DNA of 64,000 nucleotides from NCBI RefSeq assembly GCF_054482525.1, contig NZ_CM137006.1; one strand, 5' to 3'. Shown piece by piece: positions 56,698 to 64,000 of this stretch (position 1 is its first letter; each line of letters starts with the position of its first letter). The notes under the pieces were generated by a model. It saw only the letters and a program-made list of their open reading frames with translations, ran no database searches and was not told where the DNA came from. The position numbers and the translations under genes were made by a program.

Positions 56698-59600
56698 ATG
56701 GGTAAAGGCAGCAGTAAGGGGCATACCCCGCGCGAAGCGAAGGACAACCTGAAGTCCACGCAGTTGCTGAGTGTGATCGATGCCATCAGCGAAGGGCCGA
56801 TTGACGGTCCGGTGGATGGATTAAAAAGCGTGCTGCTGAACAGTACGCCAGTGCTGGACACTGAGGGGAATACCAACATCTCCGGCGTCACGGTGGTGTT
56901 CCGGGCAGGTGAGCAGGAGCAGACTCCGCCGGAGGGGTTTGAATCCTCCGGCTCCGAGACGGTGCTCGGTACAGAAGTGAAATATGACACGCCGATCACC
57001 CGGACCATCACGTCGGCAAACATTGACCGTCTGCGTTTTACTTTCGGCGTGCAGACACTGGTGGAAACCACCTCAAAGGGGGACAGGAATCCGTCGGAAG
57101 TCCGCCTGCTGGTTCAGATACAGCGTAACGGTGGCTGGGTGACGGAAAAAGACATCACCATTAAGGGCAAAACCACCTCGCAGTATCTGGCCTCGGTGGT
57201 GGTGGGTAACCTGCCGCCGCGCCCGTTTAATATCCGGATGCGCAGGATGACGCCGGACAGCACCACAGACCAGCTGCAGAACAAAACGCTCTGGTCGTCA
57301 TACACCGAAATCATCGATGTGAAACAGTGCTACCCGAACACGGCACTGGTCGGCGTGCAGGTGGACTCGGAACAGTTCGGCAGTCAGCAGGTGAGCCGTA
57401 ATTATCATCTTCGCGGGCGCATTCTGCAGGTGCCGTCGAACTATAACCCGCAGACGCGGCAATACAGCGGTATCTGGGACGGAACGTTTAAGCCAGCATA
57501 CAGCAACAACATGGCCTGGTGTCTGTGGGATATGCTGACCCATCCGCGCTACGGCATGGGGAAGCGTCTCGGTGCGGCGGATGTGGACAAATGGGCGCTG
57601 TATGTCATCGGCCAGAATTGCGACCAGTCGGTGCCGGATGGCTTTGGTGGCACGGAGCCGCGCATCACCTGTAATGCCTGGCTGACCACACAGCGTAAGG
57701 CGTGGGATGTTCTCAGTGATTTCTGCTCGGCGATGCGCTGTATGCCGGTATGGAACGGGCAGACGCTGACGTTCGTGCAGGACCGACCATCAGATAAGGT
57801 GTGGACCTATAACCGCAGTAATGTGGTGATGCCGGATGATGGCGCGCCGTTCCGCTACAGCTTCAGCGCCCTGAAGGACCGCCATAATGCCGTTGAGGTG
57901 AACTGGATTGACCCGAACAACGGCTGGGAGACGGCGACAGAGCTTGTTGAAGATACGCAGGCCATTGCCCGTTACGGTCGTAACGTCACGAAGATGGATG
58001 CCTTTGGCTGTACCAGCCGGGGGCAGGCACACCGCGCCGGGCTGTGGCTGATTAAAACGGAACTGCTGGAAACGCAGACCGTGGACTTCAGCGTGGGCGC
58101 AGAAGGGCTTCGCCATGTACCGGGCGATGTCATTGAAATCTGTGATGATGACTATGCCGGTATCAGCACCGGTGGTCGTGTGCTGGCGGTGAACAGCCAG
58201 ACCCGGACGCTGACGCTCGACCGTGAAATCACGCTGCCATCCTCCGGTACCACGCTGATAAGCCTGGTTGACGGAAGTGGCAATCCGGTCAGCGTGGAGG
58301 TTCAGTCCGTCACCGACGGCGTGAAGGTAAAAGTGAGCCGTGTTCCTGACGGTGTTGCTGAATACAGCGTATGGGGGCTGAAGCTGCCGACGCTGCGCCA
58401 GCGCCTGTTCCGCTGTGTGAGTATCCGGGAGAACGATGACGGTACGTATGCCATCACCGCCGTGCAGCATGTACCGGAAAAAGAAGCCATCGTGGATAAC
58501 GGGGCGCACTTTGACGGCGACCAGAGCGGCACGGTGAATGGTGTCACGCCGCCAGCGGTGCAGCACCTGACCGCCGAAGTCACCGCAGACAGCGGGGAAT
58601 ATCAGGTGCTGGCGCGATGGGACACGCCGAAGGTGGTGAAGGGCGTGAGCTTCCTGCTTCGCCTTACCGTGGCAGCGGACGACGGCAGTGAGCGGCTGGT
58701 CAGCATGGCCCGGACGACGGAAACCACATACCGCTTCAGGCAACTGGCGCTGGGGCGTTACACGCTGACGGTCCGGGCGGTAAATGCGTGGGGGCAGCAG
58801 GGCGATCCGGCATCGGTATCGTTCCGGATTGCGGCACCGGCAGCGCCTGTCACTATTGAACTGATACCAGGGTATTTTCAGATAACAGCGGTCCCGAAAC
58901 TGGCTGTATATGACCCGACGGTGCAGTTTGAGTTCTGGTTCTCGGAAACGCGGATTACCGATATCAGGCAGGTTGAAACCACAGCCCGCTACCTTGGCAC
59001 GGGGCTGTACTGGATAGCCGCCAGTATCAATATCAAACCGGGCCATGATTATTACTTTTATATCCGCAGTGTGAACACCGTTGGCAAATCGGCATTCGTG
59101 GAGTCCGTCGGTCGGGCGAGCGATGATGCGGAAGGTTACCTGGATTTTTTCAAAGGCAAGATAACCGAATCCCATCTCGGCAAGGAGCTGCTGGAAAAAG
59201 TCGATCTGACGGAGGATAACGCCAGCAGACTGGATGAGTTTTCGAAAGAGTGGAAGGATGCCAACGATAAATGGAATGCCATGTGGGCTGTCAAAATTGA
59301 GCAGACCAAAGACGGCAAACATTATGTCGCGGGTATTGGCCTCAGTATGGAGGACACGGAGGAAGGCAAACTGAGCCAGTTTCTGGTTGCCGCTAACCGT
59401 ATCGCGTTTATTGACCCGGCAAACGGGAATGAAACGCCGATGTTTGTGGCGCAGGGCAATCAGATATTCATGAACGACGTGTTCCTGAAACGCCTGACGG
59501 CCCCCACCATTACCAGTGGTGGAAATCCACCGGCATTTTCCCTGACACCGGATGGGCGGCTGACGGCGAAAAATGCCGATATCAGCGGTAACGTGAATGC

Positions 59601-60093
59601 GAACTCCGGGACGCTCAACAACGTCACGATTAACGAGAACTGTCGGGTTCTGGGAAAACTGTCCGCGAACCAGATTGAAGGCGATCTCGTTAAAACAGTG
59701 GGCAAAGCTTTCCCCCGGGACTCCCGTGCACCGGAACGGTGGCCATCAGGGACCATTACCGTCAGGGTTTATGACGATCAGCCGTTTGACCGGCAGATTG
59801 TTATTCCGGCGGTGGCATTCAGCGGCGCTAAACATGAGAGAGAGCATACTGATATTTACTCCTCATGCCGTCTGATAGTGCGGAAAAACGGTGCTGAAAT
59901 TTATAACCGTACCGCGCTGGATAATACGCTGATTTACAGTGGCGTTATTGATATGCCTGCCGGTCACGGTCACATGACGCTGGAGTTTTCGGTGTCAGCA
60001 TGGCTGGTAAATGACTGGTATCCCACTGCGAGCATCAGCGATTTGCTGGTTGTGGTGATGAAGAAAGCCACTGCAGGCATCACTATTAGCTGA
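56698..60093 (+). CDS. J: host specificity protein J (central tail fibre / tail tip)
   Basis: 1131-aa ORF in the lambda J position. Confidence 0.9.
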   Translation: MGKGSSKGHTPREAKDNLKSTQLLSVIDAISEGPIDGPVDGLKSVLLNSTPVLDTEGNTNISGVTVVFRAGEQEQTPPEGFESSGSETVLGTEVKYDTPITRTITSANIDRLRFTFGVQTLVETTSKGDRNPSEVRLLVQIQRNGGWVTEKDITIKGKTTSQYLASVVVGNLPPRPFNIRMRRMTPDSTTDQLQNKTLWSSYTEIIDVKQCYPNTALVGVQVDSEQFGSQQVSRNYHLRGRILQVPSNYNPQTRQYSGIWDGTFKPAYSNNMAWCLWDMLTHPRYGMGKRLGAADVDKWALYVIGQNCDQSVPDGFGGTEPRITCNAWLTTQRKAWDVLSDFCSAMRCMPVWNGQTLTFVQDRPSDKVWTYNRSNVVMPDDGAPFRYSFSALKDRHNAVEVNWIDPNNGWETATELVEDTQAIARYGRNVTKMDAFGCTSRGQAHRAGLWLIKTELLETQTVDFSVGAEGLRHVPGDVIEICDDDYAGISTGGRVLAVNSQTRTLTLDREITLPSSGTTLISLVDGSGNPVSVEVQSVTDGVKVKVSRVPDGVAEYSVWGLKLPTLRQRLFRCVSIRENDDGTYAITAVQHVPEKEAIVDNGAHFDGDQSGTVNGVTPPAVQHLTAEVTADSGEYQVLARWDTPKVVKGVSFLLRLTVAADDGSERLVSMARTTETTYRFRQLALGRYTLTVRAVNAWGQQGDPASVSFRIAAPAAPVTIELIPGYFQITAVPKLAVYDPTVQFEFWFSETRITDIRQVETTARYLGTGLYWIAASINIKPGHDYYFYIRSVNTVGKSAFVESVGRASDDAEGYLDFFKGKITESHLGKELLEKVDLTEDNASRLDEFSKEWKDANDKWNAMWAVKIEQTKDGKHYVAGIGLSMEDTEEGKLSQFLVAANRIAFIDPANGNETPMFVAQGNQIFMNDVFLKRLTAPTITSGGNPPAFSLTPDGRLTAKNADISGNVNANSGTLNNVTINENCRVLGKLSANQIEGDLVKTVGKAFPRDSRAPERWPSGTITVRVYDDQPFDRQIVIPAVAFSGAKHEREHTDIYSSCRLIVRKNGAEIYNRTALDNTLIYSGVIDMPAGHGHMTLEFSVSAWLVNDWYPTASISDLLVVVMKKATAGITIS

Positions 60094-60113
60094 ATTTTAT
60101 AACCCAGATACGG

Positions 60114-60136
60114 GCGCCAGAAATGGCGCCTTTTTT
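60114..60136 (+). terminator. rho-independent terminator after J
   Basis: ggcgccagaaatggcgcc plus tttttt. Confidence 0.7.
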
Positions 60137-60160
60137 ATTGCAGAAAAGCGAGAGGTAATT

Positions 60161-60760
60161 ATGCGTAAATTATGTGCTGTTATTCTGTCCGCAGTAGTCT
60201 GGCTGGTTGCCGCTGGTACGCCAGCGAGCGCAGCAGAGCATCAGTCCACACTAAGCGCCGGGTATCTTCAGACCCATACTGATATGCCAGGCAGCGATGA
60301 CCTGAAGGGCATTAATGTGAAATACCGTTATGAATTTACGGACACGCTGGGGCTGGTGACGTCATTCAGTTATGCCAATGCCAAAGATGAGCAAAAAACG
60401 CATTACAGCGATACCCGCTGGCATGAAGATTCAGTGCGTAACCGCTGGTTCAGCATGATGGCGGGGCCATCTGTACGCGTGAATGAATGGTTCAGTGCTT
60501 ATGCGATGGCAGGTGTGGCTTACAGCCGTGTTTCGACTTTTTCCGGGGATTATCTCCGCGTAACTGACAGCAAGGGGAAAACGAACGATGTGCTGACCGG
60601 AAGTGATGATGATCGCCACAGCAACACGTCTCTGGCGTGGGGAACTGGCGTGCAGTTTAACCCGACCGAATCCGTGGCCGTTGATATTGCTTATGAAGGT
60701 TCCGGCAGTGGCGACTGGCGCACTGACGGTTTCATCGTGGGTGTCGGTTATAAATTCTGA
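60161..60760 (+). CDS. lom: Lom/Ail-family outer membrane beta-barrel protein
   Basis: Signal peptide then alternating beta-strand pattern ending ...GFIVGVGYKF. Confidence 0.85.
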   Translation: MRKLCAVILSAVVWLVAAGTPASAAEHQSTLSAGYLQTHTDMPGSDDLKGINVKYRYEFTDTLGLVTSFSYANAKDEQKTHYSDTRWHEDSVRNRWFSMMAGPSVRVNEWFSAYAMAGVAYSRVSTFSGDYLRVTDSKGKTNDVLTGSDDDRHSNTSLAWGTGVQFNPTESVAVDIAYEGSGSGDWRTDGFIVGVGYKF

Positions 60761-60787
60761 TTAGCCAGGTAACACAGTGTTATGACA

Positions 60788-60813
60788 GCCCGCCGGTTCA
60801 GGCGGGCTTTTTT
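60788..60813 (+). terminator. rho-independent terminator after lom
   Basis: agcccgccggttcaggcgggct plus tttttt. Confidence 0.7.
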
Positions 60814-60818
60814 GTGGA

Positions 60819-63224
60819 GTGGATATGGCAGCAGTAAAAATCTCAGGTGTGCTGAAAGATGGTGCGGGAAAACCAATACAGAACTGCACTATTCAACTGA
60901 AGGCAAAGCGTAACAGCACCACGGTACTGGTGAACACGGTGGCCTCTGAAAATCCGGATGAAGCCGGGCGTTACAGCATGGATGTTGAGTATGGCCAGTA
61001 CAGCGTCATCCTGCTGGTTGAAGGTTTTCCGCCTTCACATGCCGGGACCATTACCGTCTATGAAGGCTCCAGACCAGGTACGCTGAATGATTTTCTCGGT
61101 GCCATGACGGAAGATGATGTCATGCCGGAGGCATTGCGTCGTTTTGAGGAAATGGTGGAAGAAGCGGCACGCAACGCTGAAGCCGCCTCTCAGAGCGCAG
61201 CGGCGGCAAAGAAATCAGAAACTGCAGCGGCATCATCGAAGAACGCGGCGAAAACCTCAGAAACGAATGCAGCTAACAGCGCACAGGCGGCAGCGGCCTC
61301 ACAGACTGCATCAGCAAACTCCGCGACAGCAGCCAAAAAATCAGAAACCAACGCGAAAAATAGCGAGACAGCCGCAAAGACGAGCGAAACCAACGCAAAG
61401 TCCAGCCAGACGGCAGCGAAAACCAGCGAAACGAATGCCAAAGCCAGTGAAACTGCGGCAAAAAACAGCCAGGTTGCAGCAGCCCAAAGCGAGAGCGCGG
61501 CAGCCGGTTCTGCGACTTCAGCAGCTGGATCAGCAACTGCTGCGGCTAACAGCCAGAAAGCTGCGAAGACGAGTGAAACTAACGCAAAGTCCAGCCAGAC
61601 GGCAGCGAAGACCAGCGAAACGAATGCCAAAGCCAGCGAAACTGCGGCGAAAAACAGTCAGGATGCAGCAGCCCAAAGCGAGAGTGCTGCAGCTGGTTCT
61701 GCAAGCGCGGCGGCTGCTTCTGCCACTGCATCAGCCAACAGTCAAAAAGCAGCAAAAACCAGTGAAACCAATGCAAAGACAAGCGAGACTGCAGCGGCGA
61801 ACTCGGCGAAAGCATCGGCAGCAAGCCAGACAGCAGCTAAAGCAAGTGAAGACGCAGCCAGAGAGTATGCAAGTCAGGCAGCAGAGCCGTATAAATATGT
61901 CTTACAGCCACTGCCTGATGTGTGGATACCGTTTAACGATTCACTGGATATGATTACGGGCTTTTCGCCGTCATATAAAAAAATTGTTATTGGTGATGAT
62001 GAAATAACGATGCCTGGCGACAAGGTTGTTAAGTTTAAACGCGCATCAACTGCCACATATATCAATAAATCAGGCGTATTTAGTGTTGCTAAAATTGATG
62101 AGCCACGATTTGAAAAAGAAGGTTTATTGATTGAAGGACAGCGCACTAACTATTTTGTTAAATCCAATACTCCCGCTGAATGGACGAGTACCAGCAATAT
62201 CGATAAAACTAATAATGGTGTTGATGAATTTGGTTTTTCATATGCCAAAATGCGAACAAAAGATAATATGACAGGACAATCATCTGCACTTAGTCTGCAT
62301 ACATGCAGTGCATCCCGGGGGATTGATGTTAGTGGCGATAATAAGTATTGCACTGTTTCATGCAGGGTTAAAGCTCCTGATGGTCTTCGTTGTCGTTTGC
62401 GTTTTGAAAAATACGATGGGTCGGTTTATACATTTTTAGGAGATGCTTATTTAACTTTCGGAACTCTGATAATAGAAAAAACTGGCGGAGCAGCCAATAG
62501 AATAGCAGCTACTGCAACTAAAGATCCGGTTACAGGGTGGATTTTCTATGAGGCAACTATAGAAGCTGTTGAAGGTGAAACCTTAATTGGCGCAATGATT
62601 CAGTATGCGCCGAAAAAAGGTGGTATAACTGAAGCGGGAGATTATATTTACCTTGCAACACCACAATTTGAAAACGGCGGATGTGCTTCATCTTTTGTTA
62701 TTACGACAACTGCACCCGCAACCCGCTCCAGTGATATGGTGACGATCCCAACTGAAAATAATATCTATAATAGACCGCTTACGTGTCTTGTCGAGGTTAA
62801 TAGAAATTGGGGCGATATTCCTCCTAATGTAGCACCGCGTATTTTTGATTTTTCTGGTGTGCCACCTATTGAGTCAATTACATACGCTTTTAACACAACT
62901 GAGAAATATTACGGTCAGCTTTATATGCAGACTTATAAAGCGTCGACAAGTACTTACGTTTCTAGTGTGTTTGCTGGTCGAACTGATGTTCGAAAATTCA
63001 TTGGTGGTTTTAATATTTATTCTGATGGTACTAAACGAGTAGTTTCTAACGGTGAGGCTACTAAAACTATGAAAACGGAGTGGACGGGCGTAAAAACACG
63101 GACCTTTATTCGAATTGGAGGTCAAGCCACATCGGGAACTCGTCATCTATTCGGCCATTTGAGAAATCTTCGTCTCTGGCATAAAGAATTAACTGATGCG
63201 CAAATGGGGGAGAGTATTAAATGA
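60819..63224 (+). CDS. stf: side tail fibre protein (Stf-like) with repetitive N-terminal region and AT-rich distal domain
   Basis: 801-aa ORF; long run of AAKTSETNAK-type repeats; C-terminal third drops in GC. Confidence 0.8.
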   Translation: MDMAAVKISGVLKDGAGKPIQNCTIQLKAKRNSTTVLVNTVASENPDEAGRYSMDVEYGQYSVILLVEGFPPSHAGTITVYEGSRPGTLNDFLGAMTEDDVMPEALRRFEEMVEEAARNAEAASQSAAAAKKSETAAASSKNAAKTSETNAANSAQAAAASQTASANSATAAKKSETNAKNSETAAKTSETNAKSSQTAAKTSETNAKASETAAKNSQVAAAQSESAAAGSATSAAGSATAAANSQKAAKTSETNAKSSQTAAKTSETNAKASETAAKNSQDAAAQSESAAAGSASAAAASATASANSQKAAKTSETNAKTSETAAANSAKASAASQTAAKASEDAAREYASQAAEPYKYVLQPLPDVWIPFNDSLDMITGFSPSYKKIVIGDDEITMPGDKVVKFKRASTATYINKSGVFSVAKIDEPRFEKEGLLIEGQRTNYFVKSNTPAEWTSTSNIDKTNNGVDEFGFSYAKMRTKDNMTGQSSALSLHTCSASRGIDVSGDNKYCTVSCRVKAPDGLRCRLRFEKYDGSVYTFLGDAYLTFGTLIIEKTGGAANRIAATATKDPVTGWIFYEATIEAVEGETLIGAMIQYAPKKGGITEAGDYIYLATPQFENGGCASSFVITTTAPATRSSDMVTIPTENNIYNRPLTCLVEVNRNWGDIPPNVAPRIFDFSGVPPIESITYAFNTTEKYYGQLYMQTYKASTSTYVSSVFAGRTDVRKFIGGFNIYSDGTKRVVSNGEATKTMKTEWTGVKTRTFIRIGGQATSGTRHLFGHLRNLRLWHKELTDAQMGESIK
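61150..61870. repeat. tandem in-frame repeats (SETNAK/SQTAAK units, larger unit about 198 bp) inside stf
   Basis: Repeated protein blocks SQKAAKTSETNAKSSQTAAKTSETNAKASETAAKNSQ.AAAQSESAAAGSA appear twice; boundaries approximate. Confidence 0.75.
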
Positions 63225-63502
63225 AAGATTTAACACTCAAATTTGCAGACAGGGCCGACTTTTCGGCCTTTATGGAGAGCATTGGCTATTATGATGACGA
63301 GTCGATGCAGGATGATATTCTTATTGACGTGATAGGTAATGTGTACAAAGAAACCGGAGAACTTACTGAAGATGGCGAGCCGGTATGTGTTAAGGAGGAC
63401 GGATATTTTGTAAACGTGCGCATCATTAATGATTCGCAAATATCGTCATTATTCGATGAATACGCGGTTGCTGTTGAGCATCAACTTCGTGGCTGGATGT
63501 GA
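63221..63502 (+). CDS. small acidic protein coupled to stf (tail-fibre-associated, unassigned)
   Basis: 93-aa ORF whose ATG overlaps the stf stop (ATGA); AT-rich. Confidence 0.4.
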   Translation: MKDLTLKFADRADFSAFMESIGYYDDESMQDDILIDVIGNVYKETGELTEDGEPVCVKEDGYFVNVRIINDSQISSLFDEYAVAVEHQLRGWM

Positions 63503-63511
63503 GGAAGGAAA

Positions 63512-64000
63512 ATGGCTACATCGACAGTAATTCCTGATGATATCAAAACGCTAAAATCCGACGTTAGCAAATTAAAAAACGATCAAGGGAGCTACGCAAC
63601 AAAATCATATGTAGACAATAAAACAACATGGAATAGTTATTGCAATGTAATCTATGATCAAAAGACATTGCCGACCACTGGAACTATATTTAGCGGTAAG
63701 ATTCACTTGTCAAATAAGACAGGAGAAACCGAAAACGCTTATAGTGAGATGTACACCAGAAAAAATATTGACGGTACAAAAGATACAATGACAAGGATTG
63801 TCACACACAATGGAACAAAAGGTATCTTTTGGGATTTTAGCGATCTTTACGGCGGAACATTAATTTTTCCAGGCAGTGATGGTTACCTTAAGATGGGGAA
63901 CTGTCTCATGTCGTATGGTGTGCGGGGAAGTAACGCGCTTATTAAGTTTGACTGCACAGACACATTACAAATCAAATATGCCAATCATGGGTCAACCATG
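63512..64000 (+). CDS. partial CDS (5' part): second fibre-like or receptor-binding protein, continues past window end
   Basis: ATG at 63512 behind AGGAAGG RBS; open to the end of the window: MATSTVIPDDIKTLKSDVSKLKNDQGSYATKSYVDNKTTW... Confidence 0.4.
   Translation, partial: MATSTVIPDDIKTLKSDVSKLKNDQGSYATKSYVDNKTTWNSYCNVIYDQKTLPTTGTIFSGKIHLSNKTGETENAYSEMYTRKNIDGTKDTMTRIVTHNGTKGIFWDFSDLYGGTLIFPGSDGYLKMGNCLMSYGVRGSNALIKFDCTDTLQIKYANHGSTM

Noticed and set aside
57790..59322. 510-codon minus-strand ORF inside the J gene
   Set aside because: Antisense to the well-supported J gene, with His/Arg-rich junk composition.
61114..61953. 279-codon plus-strand and 146-codon minus-strand ORFs within the stf repeat region
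   Set aside because: Alternative-frame readings of the Ala/Lys/Ser-coding tandem repeat; translations are Arg/Gln/Pro-rich low-complexity junk.

Overview
This window reads as an Escherichia coli-type chromosomal segment in three parts. (1) Positions 1-8816 are an island remnant: a degraded integrase, a Ner/Nlp-like regulator, and an Rhs polymorphic toxin whose AT-rich C-terminal tip and downstream Sel1-repeat gene form a candidate toxin/immunity pair; the island ends at a 16-nt copy of the tRNA-Asn 3' end. (2) Positions 9266-25216 are conserved backbone: yeeN, amn, shiA, an intact yeeL glycosyltransferase, a long yeeJ inverse-autotransporter adhesin with 609-bp tandem repeats, tRNA-Asn, mtfA and tRNA-Ser. 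(3) From 25217 to the window end is a lambdoid prophage integrated at the tRNA-Ser gene: int/xis, a large exonuclease-family gene, a cI/cro switch with operator repeats, an O-like replication gene with embedded iteron arrays, nin-region cargo (QueH-like, Hok toxin, lipoprotein, DUF968, RusA, Q-like), four tRNA genes, a pinholin/SAR-endolysin/Rz/Rz1 lysis cassette, an HK97-type head module and a lambda-type tail module ending in Lom and side-tail-fibre genes. The best candidates for something undescribed are the unassigned Rhs toxin tip with its immunity gene, a YfbU-family gene sitting alone between lysis and packaging, and the QueH-plus-tRNA translation-related cargo; none could be confirmed without database or structure searches. 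All calls rest on reading the sequence and the ORF translations plus recalled family knowledge; no searches were run. Several fine coordinates were counted by hand and may be off by a base or two.
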